From the NCBI GenBank assembly GCA_049511095.1, contig JBEKYJ010000002.1, positions 1 to 48,953 on the forward strand: a stretch of 48,953 bases of DNA. The letters are read 5' to 3'. This DNA comes from Verrucomicrobiia bacterium. Lineage in GTDB: Bacteria > Verrucomicrobiota > Verrucomicrobiia > Palsa-1439. Positions 19,840-29,710 of the stretch are shown piece by piece; the first letter of the stretch is position 1; the number at the start of each line of letters is the position of its first letter. The notes beneath the pieces were generated by a model. That model was not told where the DNA came from and ran no database searches. It was given only the letters and a program-made list of their open reading frames with translations. Made by a program: the position numbers and the translations under genes.

Positions 19840-19925
19840 AATCGCATGAAATGGCGCTCGATTTCAAGGGAAATGGACTCGCTAGGAATGTTTTGCACCG
19901 GGGTGGATTGAATTCGACTTTTCCG

Positions 19926-19954
19926 TTGACGCTACGGGCGCGCGTCCATAGATT
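19926..19954 (+). promoter_or_regulatory. Putative sucC promoter
   Basis: TTGACG-17 nt-TAGATT, ending about 85 nt before the sucC ATG. Confidence 0.5.
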
Positions 19955-20040
19955 AGCTTGTGCGGCTGTCAATCCGCGCGAGACCGGAAGGCCTCAACGT
20001 CGTACCCATCGACCACCGTTGAGCCGAAGTTGATCAGTTC

Positions 20041-21201
20041 ATGAATATCCACGAATACCAAGCCAAGGAAATCCTTCGCCGCTTCGGCGTGCCCGTCGCC
20101 GACGGCGGGGTCGCGTCCACGCCCGAAGAAGCGGAAACGGTTGCGCGCTCGTTGAAAACCGACGCCATCGCCGTCAAGTCGCAGATTCACGCCGGCGGAC
20201 GCGGCAAGGCGGGCGGCATCAGGATTGTCAAAACACCCGCAGACGCCGCGAAAGCCACACGCGAGCTGATCGGCAAAGTGCTCGTCACCCACCAGACCGG
20301 CCCGCAGGGCAAACAGGTGCGCAAAGTGTTGATCGAGGCTGGCTGCGTTCCCAAGCGTGAACTGTGCCTGAGCGTTTTGATTGACCGCTCGATTGCGCGT
20401 CCGTCGTTTCTGGCCAGCACCGAGGGTGGCGTGGACATCGAGGCGGTTGCCGCGAAAACGCCCGAGAAGATCCTGAAAGAGCCTGTCGATCCCGCGATTG
20501 GAGCGCAACCATACCAGGCGCGAAAGATCGCCTATGCGCTCGGTCTCGGCGGCACCCAGTTGCAGCCCGCCGTCAATCTCATCCTCAGCGTCTATCGCGC
20601 GTTTGTCGAAACCGACGCCTCGCTCATCGAAATCAATCCGCTCATCATCGACCAGCAGGACCGCGTGATGGCACTCGACGCGAAGATGAACTTCGACGAC
20701 AATGCCCTGTTCCGTCACAAGGACATCCTCGCCATGCGCGATCTCAGCGAAGAAGACCCGCGCGAGGTCGAAGCGAGCAAGTTCGGCCTCAACTACATCG
20801 GACTCGACGGTAACATTGCCTGCATGGTCAACGGCGCAGGCCTGGCCATGGCCACGATGGACGTCATCAAGTACTACGGCGGCTTGCCCGCGAATTTTCT
20901 CGACGTAGGCGGCGGCGCGAGCACCGAGCAGGTCACCGAGGCGTTCAAGATTCTTTGCGCCGACAGGAACGTCAAAGGCATCCTTGTGAACATCTTCGGC
21001 GGCATCATGAAGTGCGATGTGATTGCCAACGGCATTCTTACCGCCGTCAAGCAAGTGAATGCCCGCGTGCCGATCGTCGTCCGACTCGAAGGCACCAACG
21101 TCGAACTGGGCAAGAAAATCCTGAAACAAAGCGGCTTGGCCGTCATCGCGGCGGACTCCATGGCGGATGCCGCGCAAAAGATCGTCCACGCCGCGAAATA
21201 A
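20041..21201 (+). CDS. sucC: Succinyl-CoA synthetase beta subunit
   Basis: [51 protein letters not shown]. Confidence 0.98.
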   Translation: MNIHEYQAKEILRRFGVPVADGGVASTPEEAETVARSLKTDAIAVKSQIHAGGRGKAGGIRIVKTPADAAKATRELIGKVLVTHQTGPQGKQVRKVLIEAGCVPKRELCLSVLIDRSIARPSFLASTEGGVDIEAVAAKTPEKILKEPVDPAIGAQPYQARKIAYALGLGGTQLQPAVNLILSVYRAFVETDASLIEINPLIIDQQDRVMALDAKMNFDDNALFRHKDILAMRDLSEEDPREVEASKFGLNYIGLDGNIACMVNGAGLAMATMDVIKYYGGLPANFLDVGGGASTEQVTEAFKILCADRNVKGILVNIFGGIMKCDVIANGILTAVKQVNARVPIVVRLEGTNVELGKKILKQSGLAVIAADSMADAAQKIVHAAK

Positions 21202-21206
21202 ACAAC

Positions 21207-21410
21207 ATGAAACTCTATCTCTACTACGAAAACGTGGACCGTCCGCTGGTGGTCGATATTCCCGACAACGAAGTTGATGGGTTTTTGCAGGAATATGAAG
21301 AAGCGCTGCACGACACGTCGGTCGAGACATTCCAGTGGAAGAACTCCAGCTTCCGCATCGCGGGTCTGATGGCCATCGTGCACGAGAAGCACACCCCGGT
21401 ACGTCCATGA
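21207..21410 (+). CDS. Small acidic hypothetical protein (67 aa) between sucC and sucD
   Basis: [19 protein letters not shown]...HTPVRP; ATG 5 nt after the sucC stop and ATGA overlap with sucD; host-like codon usage. Confidence 0.75.
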   Translation: MKLYLYYENVDRPLVVDIPDNEVDGFLQEYEEALHDTSVETFQWKNSSFRIAGLMAIVHEKHTPVRP

Positions 21411-22288
21411 GCATCCTGGTCGACGCCAACACGCGGTTGATCGTTCAAGGCATCACCGGCTCCGCCGGCCAGTTCCACGCCGAGCAATGTCTCAACTACG
21501 GCACGAAGCTCGTGGGCGGTGTCACACCGGGCCGCGGCGGCGAAGTCGTTGAACTCAACTCACAGAAGGTCCCGGTCTTTAACACCGTCAGCGAAGCCGT
21601 GCGCGAAACCGCCGCGAACGTTTCCTGCATCTTCGTGCCCGCACCATTTGCCGCCGATGCGATTCTCGAGGCGGCGGACGCGGGCATCGAATTGATCGTC
21701 GCGATCACCGAAGGCATCCCTGTGGTCGACATGGTGCGCGTGAAACGCGCGCTTCAGGGCACGAGCGTCAAACTCATCGGCCCGAACTGTCCCGGCATCA
21801 TCACGCCCGGCGCGTGCAAGATCGGGATCATGCCCGGTTACATCCACAAACCGGGTCCCGCCGGCGTCATCTCCCGCAGCGGCACGCTCACCTATGAGGC
21901 CGTGTGGCAACTCAGTTCGCGTGGCATCGGCCAGTCCACTTGCATCGGCATCGGCGGCGATCCCGTCAAGGGTCTCGACTTCATTGACCTGCTGGAAATG
22001 TTCGAGACCGACCCGCAAACGGAGGGCGTGATCGTCATTGGCGAAATTGGTGGGAACGCGGAGGAAGAGGCTGCGCACTGGATCAAAGACAATTTCACCA
22101 AGCCGGTGGCCGCGTTCATCGCGGGCGCGACCGCGCCGAAGGGCCGCCGCATGGGTCACGCAGGCGCGATCATCAGCGGCGGCAGCGGCGCCGCGGTCGA
22201 TAAGATCAAGGCGCTCGAATCCTGCGGCATCGCGGTTGCCAAAACTCCTGCCGAAATCGGCGAGACCCTCGCCAAACTGATGCAGTAA
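21407..22288 (+). CDS. sucD: Succinyl-CoA synthetase alpha subunit
   Basis: MSILVD...[33 protein letters not shown] (phospho-His). Confidence 0.98.
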   Translation: MSILVDANTRLIVQGITGSAGQFHAEQCLNYGTKLVGGVTPGRGGEVVELNSQKVPVFNTVSEAVRETAANVSCIFVPAPFAADAILEAADAGIELIVAITEGIPVVDMVRVKRALQGTSVKLIGPNCPGIITPGACKIGIMPGYIHKPGPAGVISRSGTLTYEAVWQLSSRGIGQSTCIGIGGDPVKGLDFIDLLEMFETDPQTEGVIVIGEIGGNAEEEAAHWIKDNFTKPVAAFIAGATAPKGRRMGHAGAIISGGSGAAVDKIKALESCGIAVAKTPAEIGETLAKLMQ

Positions 22289-22289
22289 G

Positions 22290-22949
22290 ATGGCAACTGA
22301 CGGGCCAATCCGTTCCACGGTGCGTCAGCGTCAAGCTACGGATGACGCCGACGCGCGCCGGACCATTCCCCACGAGGAACTGATGAAGCTTCCCGTGGTG
22401 CGGTATCGCGGTACGATCCGGCTGGCGGCCACCGAGGCAGACTTGCACCGTGCCGTGCATGACATCCGATCGGAGCGCGTGGTGGGCTTCGACACGGAGA
22501 CGCGCCCGACGTTTCGCAAGGGCCAATCGCACGCGCCCAGCCTCGTGCAGATCGCCACGAGCCATGCGGTGCATCTGTTTCCCCTCGCGCGACTCGACTG
22601 CTCGCGGGCGTTGGCCGAAGTTCTCGGCGATGCGCAGATCGTCAAAGCCGGCGTGGCGCTCGCCCGTGATCTCGCCGAACTGCAGAAGCTGTTTCCGTTT
22701 ACGGCGGCGAATGTTGTGGATCTGGGCGACATTGCCAAGCACCGCGGAATGGAACAAACCGGCTTGCGCAACCTGACTGGTCTGTTTCTCAGCGGGCGCG
22801 TCACCAAGGGCCCGCAAACATCGAATTGGGCAAGGCCCAACCTCGCGCCGAGCCAGCTTTGCTACGCCGCCACGGACGCCTGGGTTTGCCGGGAATTGTA
22901 CCTGCGTTTCGAAAGACTCGGTTGGCTGCCTTTGCCACCGCATCGGTAA
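22290..22949 (+). CDS. DEDDy 3'-5' exonuclease (WRN/RNase D-like)
   Basis: VGFDTE, SNW, YAATDA motifs. Confidence 0.88.
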   Translation: MATDGPIRSTVRQRQATDDADARRTIPHEELMKLPVVRYRGTIRLAATEADLHRAVHDIRSERVVGFDTETRPTFRKGQSHAPSLVQIATSHAVHLFPLARLDCSRALAEVLGDAQIVKAGVALARDLAELQKLFPFTAANVVDLGDIAKHRGMEQTGLRNLTGLFLSGRVTKGPQTSNWARPNLAPSQLCYAATDAWVCRELYLRFERLGWLPLPPHR

Positions 22950-23001
22950 GCCGAAGTGAAACGATTTGCAGCCTGACAGCATCGAACCCCGTGGAGGAAC
23001 G

Positions 23002-23460
23002 ATGAAATCCAAAACTATAAGGGCACCTGATCTGACACAACGGCCGCCGCGCAGTCCGCGTGTGCGGCTCGGCGGTTATGCCATCCTCGCCCGCTGTCTC
23101 GACAAGGGCCGCGCCACGCTGGCGGGCAAAAATGGCGAGTACGACTTCGCTTGCCCGCTCGACCAGCGATTCCTCGAATTTGCGGGCATCAAGGCGGGCG
23201 ACTTGAAGAACCGGTTGGCCGCGGGGGATGGCGACGGAGAAATCCTGGAATGGATCGCCAAACATTCGTCGACGAAGCGGCAACCGTGGGAGATCGCACA
23301 GTGGAGCGCGCTGGCCGACCAGCGCGGCCCGACGGACGTGGAGACGCGTGAGTATTTCACCGGGCTGCTGGCCAAACTCAGCAAGAAGCGCGACGATGTT
23401 GTCGGGTGGTTCGACTTGCTCGACCTCGACGACTTTGTGAGCTTCGGCGGAAAACCCTGA
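23002..23460 (+). CDS. DUF5069-like protein
   Basis: DLTQRPPRSPRVRLGGY..LAR..DK.RA...GEY...CPLD, FDLLDLDD; GGAGG RBS before ATG 23002. Confidence 0.8.
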   Translation: MKSKTIRAPDLTQRPPRSPRVRLGGYAILARCLDKGRATLAGKNGEYDFACPLDQRFLEFAGIKAGDLKNRLAAGDGDGEILEWIAKHSSTKRQPWEIAQWSALADQRGPTDVETREYFTGLLAKLSKKRDDVVGWFDLLDLDDFVSFGGKP

Positions 23461-23549
23461 GCAACTGCGAGCTGTCGTCGCATCGGAAAAGAAGACGGGT
23501 GCCTCTTGCTTGCCGCTCGAGGCGCCCGATTCTTTAGAGCGTAAACGTC

Positions 23550-23936
23550 CTAGCTTCCCTTGTCAGTCGCTTCGCCGGCTTTCGTCCAGCCAGAGATGCC
23601 CGCGGGAAGATGCTTGATATTGGTATATCCAAGTTTTTGGGCTGCCTCGACAGCTGCCTTGTAGGCCTGGCACTGCGGACCGCCGCAATAGGCCACCACC
23701 AATGCTCCCTTGTCGCTCGGAAGGACGCTGGCCAGCTTATCCGGGTTGGCTTTGAAGTCAATCGCGCCGGGGATGTGCCCCGCCTTCCATGACTTGCTTC
23801 CATTGGCGTCAAGGAGCGTGACCTTCTTGGCTTCGATCGCCGCCTTGAGTTCCGGAATGGTAATGTCCTGCACCTCACCCGCGTAAACAGTGGCCACCAG
23901 GAGAAGTGTTGTTGCTAATGCGAAGAATTTCTTCAT
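23550..23936 (-). CDS. Exported rhodanese-like domain protein
   Basis: Signal peptide; GHIPGA, YCGGPQC, GISGW. Confidence 0.88.
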   Translation of the reverse strand: MKKFFALATTLLLVATVYAGEVQDITIPELKAAIEAKKVTLLDANGSKSWKAGHIPGAIDFKANPDKLASVLPSDKGALVVAYCGGPQCQAYKAAVEAAQKLGYTNIKHLPAGISGWTKAGEATDKGS

Positions 23937-24107
23937 ATCACCCCATAGGTTGGATGGATTGTTTGTTCATATTGCCTCGCCACGAGGCAAAAACTGCGAC
24001 CCTTTTCCTCTACCATACAACCAACGCGGAATCAAGTTGGGCTCGCACTTTCTCCAGCTCCATTCTCGCGCGAACTGCGGGAGCGCGATCGTGGGTCACC
24101 ACGCAAG

Positions 24108-24977
24108 CTAGGACGACTTCACTTCGACGCGGATGGGCTCCTTGACGTGAAGATCGCGCTGCGGGAATGGGATCTCGATGCCGTGCTCCTTGAACTTGTC
24201 CCAGATGGCGAAGTTCAACTGGCTCTCAAGTGTCCCGGGACGGTGCGCCATGTCATCCGCCCACACCCGAAGCTCGAAATTAAGCGAGCTCTCACCGAAC
24301 TCCTTGAAGACCACGGTGGGCACTGGATTCTTGAGCACACTTGGATTGCCCTCGGCAATTTCCAAAAGAAGTTTTTCAACGAGATGCGGATCACTGCCGT
24401 AGCTGACGCCCACGTTGATACGAAGACGCACGCGCGGATCGACGTGCGTCCAGTTGACGACCCGGCTGGATATGAATTCGGAGTTCGGCACGATGACCAT
24501 GATGTTGTCGTTGGTCAATACGTGCGTGGCGCGCGCGCCGATGCGCATCACCTTCCCCACCGTGTTGTTGCCGAGATCAATGCGGTCGCCGATCTGAATC
24601 GGCCGCTCCGCGAGAATGACCAGGCCGCTGACGAAGTTGCTGACGATGTTCTGCAGGCCGAAGCCGATCCCGACGCCGAGCGCGCCCGCAATCACCGCCA
24701 GCGAACTGAGCTTCACGCCGAACGTTTCCACACTGATCAGCAACCCAATCACCAGCACCACGTAGCTCGCGATGCGGGCGATGGCGTATTGCTGACCGAC
24801 GTCGAGCTTCGTGCGCGCCAGAACGCGCGTGCGCAACAAGCGGCGAATCACCCGCGACAACAGCACCACAATCGTGATGACCACGACAAACTCGACCATG
24901 GTCGCCAGTGAAACCGGCGTTTGCCCCAACTGAAACAGTGGCTTGGTGAAAACCCCGAATATCTCGCTCCATGTCAT
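24108..24977 (-). CDS. Small-conductance mechanosensitive channel (MscS family)
   Basis: GVGIGFGLQNIVSNFVSG, VPNS, VGVSYGSD, IEIPFPQRD. Confidence 0.93.
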   Translation of the reverse strand: MTWSEIFGVFTKPLFQLGQTPVSLATMVEFVVVITIVVLLSRVIRRLLRTRVLARTKLDVGQQYAIARIASYVVLVIGLLISVETFGVKLSSLAVIAGALGVGIGFGLQNIVSNFVSGLVILAERPIQIGDRIDLGNNTVGKVMRIGARATHVLTNDNIMVIVPNSEFISSRVVNWTHVDPRVRLRINVGVSYGSDPHLVEKLLLEIAEGNPSVLKNPVPTVVFKEFGESSLNFELRVWADDMAHRPGTLESQLNFAIWDKFKEHGIEIPFPQRDLHVKEPIRVEVKSS

Positions 24978-24981
24978 CGGA

Positions 24982-26118
24982 TTACTTTCCCAGCGTGATC
25001 CACCGGCGCGCTTTGGCGGATTTTTCGACAGCGTCGAGCACGATCTGGTTCGCCAAACCGTCTTCGAAGGTCGGTTGCACGGGCTGTTTGTCTACGACCG
25101 CATTAATGAAGTCGGCAACCGTGTGCACGAAGGTGTGCTCGTAGCCGATAATGTGGCCCGGCGGCCACCAGTTGCCGACATAGGGATGCACGCCGCCGCC
25201 TTGCGTGACCAGGATGTCGCGGAACCCACGGCGGTCGGCCGGATCCGCTTCATTGTAGTACTTCAGCCGGTTCATGTCCTCGAAATCAAACACCAGTGAA
25301 CCTTTGCTGCCGTTGATCTCGATCTCGATGCCGTTCTTGCGACCAAGCGCGAAGCGCGTGGCTTCGAGATTGGCCAGCGCCCCGTTCTGAAAACGCCCAA
25401 TAAACATGACCGCGTCATCGACGGTGACTTTGCCTTTCTTGCTCGACTCGCCCGGTAGCGGACGTTCCTTGACGAATGTTTCCATCTGACCGCATACTTC
25501 GCTGAACTCGCCGATAAGGTAGCGACCAAGATCGATGATGTGCGCGTTGATGTCGCCATGCGCACCCGAACCGGAGATCTTGCTCTGCAACCGCCAGACG
25601 AGCGGGAAGTTCGGGTCGACAATCCAGTCCTGCGCGTACCGGGCGCGATAGTGATAGATGGCGCCCAACTCGCCCGCCTCGATCATCTTCTTCGCCAGTA
25701 CGATGGCGGGGATGCGTCGGTAGTTGTGGCAGACCATGTTGACGACCCCGGCTTTCTTCACCGCATCCACCATCTGTCGGGCCTGTTTCACATCGAGCGC
25801 GAGGGGCTTTTCGCACAGGATCGCCTTGCCCGCTTTGGCGGCGGCAATGGCAATCTCGGCGTGCATGTCGTTGGGCGTGTTGATGTCGATGACGTCGATG
25901 GTCGAGTCGTCAACCACCTCACGCCAATCGGTCACGAACTGGTTCCAGCCCCAACGAGTGCAGGCGTTCGTCACGCCCGCCTTTTGTCGGCCACAGATGA
26001 CCTTCAACACGGGCCGGGCTTTGAGGTCGAAGAATTTGTCCGCTTTCAGCCACGCGTTGGAGTGGGCGCGGCCCATGAATTTGTAGCCGATCATCCCGAT
26101 GTTCAGGGTCTTTGGCAT
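24982..26118 (-). CDS. Gfo/Idh/MocA-family oxidoreductase
   Basis: Starts MPKTLNIGMIGYKFMG at 26118; CEKPLA, HNYRR, GDINAHIID. Confidence 0.92.
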   Translation of the reverse strand: MPKTLNIGMIGYKFMGRAHSNAWLKADKFFDLKARPVLKVICGRQKAGVTNACTRWGWNQFVTDWREVVDDSTIDVIDINTPNDMHAEIAIAAAKAGKAILCEKPLALDVKQARQMVDAVKKAGVVNMVCHNYRRIPAIVLAKKMIEAGELGAIYHYRARYAQDWIVDPNFPLVWRLQSKISGSGAHGDINAHIIDLGRYLIGEFSEVCGQMETFVKERPLPGESSKKGKVTVDDAVMFIGRFQNGALANLEATRFALGRKNGIEIEINGSKGSLVFDFEDMNRLKYYNEADPADRRGFRDILVTQGGGVHPYVGNWWPPGHIIGYEHTFVHTVADFINAVVDKQPVQPTFEDGLANQIVLDAVEKSAKARRWITLGK

Positions 26119-26217
26119 AGGCTCGCCTCTCGCCTGCAAAAAAGGTTGAGATTTCGCGCGAAACATTATATTCATTGGCCCAACCCGTTTGTCACGAGAA
26201 AAGAGAGGAATAGGCCC

Positions 26218-27300
26218 ATGAGCATGCCCCATATAAAGTTGTTTATCCCTGGCCCCGTGGAGGTTAGCGATGACACGTTCCAAGCAATGAGCCAGCCCAT
26301 GATTGGGCACCGTGGATCGGGATTCCAAGACCTGTATGCGGCAATTCAGCCCAAGCTGCAAAAAATCCTCTACACGAAGAATCCCGTTTTCATTTCCACG
26401 TCGTCGGCTTGGGGCGTGATGGAAGCATCCGTGCGCAATCTCGTCGCCAAGAAGGTGCTCAACTGTTGCTGCGGGGCGTTCTCCGATAAGTGGTTCGACG
26501 TGAGCCAACGTTGCGGGAAGCAGGCCGAGGCGCTCAAAGTCGAATGGGGTCAACCCATCCTTCCCGAAATGATCGACGCCAAACTGAAGACCGGGCAGTT
26601 CGATGTCGTCACCGTCGTGCACAATGAAACCTCGACGGGCCTGATGAATCCGTTGCCGGAAATCGCCCAGGTGATGAAGAAGTATCCCGATGTGATGTTC
26701 GTCGTCGACACGGTCAGTTCGATGACCGCCCTGAAGATCGACACCGATGCGCTCGGGATCGACGTCATCCTCGCCGGCACGCAGAAAGCCTGGGCGCTGC
26801 CGCCGGGAACCGCCGTGTTCGCCGTGAGCGAGCGCGCTCTGAAGCTGGCCGGGACGATTCCCGGCCGCGGCTACTATTTCGATTTCCTCGAGTTCAAGGC
26901 GAACCACGACAAGAACATGACGCCATCCACACCGAGCATTCCGCACATTTACGGACTCAAGTTCAAGCTCGACCAGTTCGAGAAGGAAGGGCTGGAGAAT
27001 CGCTACGCGCGCCACCTCAAGATGGCACAGAAGACCCGCGAATGGGCCAAATCGCGCGGGTTCGAGTTGTTCCCGAAATCCGGCTACGAATCCGTCACGC
27101 TCACGTGCGTGAAGAACAACAAGAATATCGACGTCGCCAAGTTGCAAAAGACGCTCAAGGACAAATACAAGGTCCTCATCGATGGCGGCTACGGCCCGAT
27201 CAAAGGCAAGAGTTTCCGTCTCGCTCATATGGGCGATGAGACCCTCGACACCGTCTCGCAACTGCACGCGATGCTCGATGATTGCTTGAAGTCGTTGTGA
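26218..27300 (+). CDS. Class V PLP aminotransferase (serine-pyruvate / alanine-glyoxylate type)
   Basis: FIPGPV, HNETSTG, VDTVSS, GTQKAWALPPG, FRLAHMG. Confidence 0.92.
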   Translation: MSMPHIKLFIPGPVEVSDDTFQAMSQPMIGHRGSGFQDLYAAIQPKLQKILYTKNPVFISTSSAWGVMEASVRNLVAKKVLNCCCGAFSDKWFDVSQRCGKQAEALKVEWGQPILPEMIDAKLKTGQFDVVTVVHNETSTGLMNPLPEIAQVMKKYPDVMFVVDTVSSMTALKIDTDALGIDVILAGTQKAWALPPGTAVFAVSERALKLAGTIPGRGYYFDFLEFKANHDKNMTPSTPSIPHIYGLKFKLDQFEKEGLENRYARHLKMAQKTREWAKSRGFELFPKSGYESVTLTCVKNNKNIDVAKLQKTLKDKYKVLIDGGYGPIKGKSFRLAHMGDETLDTVSQLHAMLDDCLKSL

Positions 27301-27809
27301 AGATCACGAAGAAAGCCGTGCTCGACGCCGTCGCATCCTTGATGCGGCGGCGTTTCAATGTTGTAGCCGAACGCGACAAGCAGTTCGTCTGGGGCGATGC
27401 GACGATCCTGGCCGATCTCTACTTCCCCGCCCCGCTCCATTGCATCGTGCAATTTGATGACGCGCCGCATTGCACGCGCGAACGAGCTGCGACGTTCGCC
27501 AGCTATCCATCCGACGCACCCTTGAATTTCGATGTGCGCCGCTATCTCGCCGACCAGGCGAACGGCGATGCCGGCCTCGCGCAAGCTGACATGCTCGCTG
27601 ACTTGCTTCCGCCCAAACGCGGTTTCAATCCAACCATCCGCATCCGTGCCGACGAGATTGAGGAATTGACCGGGCCGATTTCGGACCGCATCGAGTCTCT
27701 GTTTGCGAAGCGCTTCGCCCTTCACGGCGGTACCGCCTTTCATCTGATGGTGGACAACGCCGGCGCCAAGCCGCATTCGCAAACGATGCACCGGGGCGTG
27801 TCGGATTAG
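27297..27809 (+). CDS. Hypothetical protein, possibly a degenerate PD-(D/E)xK/Vsr-like nuclease fold
   Basis: GTGA overlap with the aminotransferase stop; DLYFP...IVQFDD.PH...R...YP...L.FD pattern. Confidence 0.6.
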   Translation: MKITKKAVLDAVASLMRRRFNVVAERDKQFVWGDATILADLYFPAPLHCIVQFDDAPHCTRERAATFASYPSDAPLNFDVRRYLADQANGDAGLAQADMLADLLPPKRGFNPTIRIRADEIEELTGPISDRIESLFAKRFALHGGTAFHLMVDNAGAKPHSQTMHRGVSD

Positions 27810-28094
27810 ACTCAGGTCAATGATTTCCAATCTCCAATCTCCAATCCAGTTTTCCCTCCTGCCCTCGTGTAGTAGCGGCTGTCCCAGCCGCCTTGCCTCC
27901 CCGGTGTAGCCACGCCTCTGCGAGGCGTGTCCGCCGCCTGCCTTCCGTCTCGAGGCGTCGCGCCTCCCCCGAATCTTCACCACGTTTTACGTGGCTTTTC
28001 GGGGCTGAATTCCGTCCCCCTTTTGTCTTCATTCCTCCGCAAAACCACCCCTCCCGGCGCTGTTTTCCACCATTTATTCCCTGTTTTTTTCCTC

Positions 28095-28185
28095 TTTTTG
28101 CAAAACGAACCCAACTCGTATTTTTCCCCAACATCTTCATTTCAAAATACTTCCACATTTTTCAGTTGGGTTCGTTTGGTAAAAA
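28095..28185. repeat. 22-bp inverted repeat with 47-nt spacer, copy 2
   Basis: Arms identical to 7198-7288; spacer 28117-28163 is divergent in sequence. Confidence 0.9.
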
Positions 28186-28334
28186 CCACCTCTTTTTGGA
28201 AAGTTCCATGCCAACCGTCCTCCGGTGCAGCGTCGGCTGTCCCCAGCCGATCCGCCGACCCACGATTCTCTGTCTCTCTGAGGTCTCAAATCTCCGATCT
28301 GCAATTCCCCCCGTCTCTGTACGCCGTCCGTCCT

Positions 28335-28404
28335 ATGTCAAACAACTATCGCCCCTATACCACCGCCGCAACACCGTGTCCAGCACAAATATCGATTCTC
28401 GATA
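28335..28404 (-). promoter_or_regulatory. sigma70-like promoter, boxA-like motif and TATCGA-N3-TCGATA palindrome, copy 2
   Basis: TGGACA(28382-28377)-17-TATAGG(28359-28354), then GTTGTTTGACAT. Confidence 0.55.
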
Positions 28405-29284
28405 ATCAGTCTTTCTTGATTTGTAGGGTAAGCGCCCCGGCCTGCCGTCATTTCCCCGGTAGGGCGCGGTGGCCCACCGCGCCGTGTTCGCCTGCCGTTT
28501 CCCCCTGTTGCCGCGGGCGCTGACCGCGGTCCTCGTCCCTCATGTTGTAGCCACGGCGCTCTGTCGCCGTGCCGAAGTGGTGTAGCCACGGCTCTGCGAG
28601 CCGTGCCGGGTTCGGTGTAACGTGGGCCTGCTCGCGTGTCGTTTACGGAGCTGTCCCCAGCCCATCCGGATCGTCGGTGTAGTAGCGGCCGTCCCTGGCC
28701 GCCTCCGCTCCGTCTCCTCGTCGTTGGCCTGCCCGCGATTCCTAATCGGGGTAGGGCGGGCTGGCTCAGCCCGCCGCTCTGCTTTGTAGGCCGCGTGCCC
28801 TCACGCGGCGTAACCCGTGTCGTCGGTAGGGCGCGGCGGCCCGCCGCACGCGTCGTCCGCTCCGCTCCGCGCTGTCTCCGAATTGTAGGCTCGCCCGCCT
28901 TTGGCGGGACAACGGGACCCGTTGTCGCTGTCGCAGGTACGCGCTCCCGCTCTTGTAGCCACGCCGCCTGCTCGCGTGGTTTACCACGTTCTACGTGGCG
29001 TTTACGGAGCTCTGTCGGCGTGTTCACCTGCCAACCGAGACACAGCTGCGCAGATGGATCGTCTTGGGCTGCACGCGTTGAACTCCGCTACTCGTAGTAA
29101 CCCCGCGGTTCGCCCGCCGCATTTCACCCACACTCTCCAACTGCGCTTCACGCCACGACCAAGAACTACCACTCAAACTGTTTAGCCTGTGTCCTCGCTT
29201 TGGATGATCTGCAAACCTTGCGATTCACTGGCCAGGTTGTTATGCTTGCACGATGTGACAACGCCAGACAATCCGCCCGAGAAC

Positions 29285-29710
29285 ATGCTAAGTCCCAAGA
29301 AAGGCGATAGGCACTTTGATGACCGTGGCAAACGGACTTTCAAGCAGGATATTCTCCTTGCCATTTCCACGGTGGTAATCGCCGGGATCATTTCCTTCGT
29401 CGTTTCCTTTTTTGGGATGATGTACCAACTGCGACAAGCGAGGCAACGCGACATCTACCAAGCCAAAGAGCAAATCTTTAGAGACTTTGTCAAAGCCAGT
29501 GCAAATTGGCGCGAGGCTGTAAAGGAAAAAACTACCCTTAAGCTTAAGTACGATCTAGATCAGTTCTTCGCGGAATTGAACACTATAGTCCCAGCTATCC
29601 TGAGCATCCCCAATTTGCCCCCGAACCTGTCAATAATGCCCTCCAATACACCTACTGTGGCGATCCTTCGCGCGAGGAATCGGGGTCACATCTTTGCATT
29701 TTGCAATTGA
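29285..29710 (+). CDS. Hypothetical single-TM protein (cargo gene), possibly 3'-truncated
   Basis: AT-richer ORF with TM segment ILLAISTVVIAGIISFVVSFFGMM followed by a helical region; start uncertain. Confidence 0.5.
   Translation: MLSPKKGDRHFDDRGKRTFKQDILLAISTVVIAGIISFVVSFFGMMYQLRQARQRDIYQAKEQIFRDFVKASANWREAVKEKTTLKLKYDLDQFFAELNTIVPAILSIPNLPPNLSIMPSNTPTVAILRARNRGHIFAFCN

Larger units (their letters stand above)
27826..29110 (+). repeat. Mosaic repeat region B: conserved core plus an array of distinct GTAG hairpins
   Basis: (tccaatc)x3 at 27826; GTAG-headed units at 27872, 27906, 28423, 28459, 28547, 28582, 28682, 28751, 28786, 28826, 28885 and 28955. Confidence 0.88.

Noticed and set aside
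19955-20040. Riboswitch in the sucC leader
   Set aside because: Only one short stem (ctcaacg/cgttgag) and no recognisable aptamer motif; would need an Rfam search.
24982-27300. 761-aa and 586-aa ORFs suggesting fusion proteins
   Set aside because: The N-terminal extensions are antisense readings of the divergent neighbour; the real starts are 26118 (-) and 26218 (+).
28423-29100. CRISPR array
   Set aside because: Only the GTAG head is constant; hairpins and spacing vary, and there are no cas genes.
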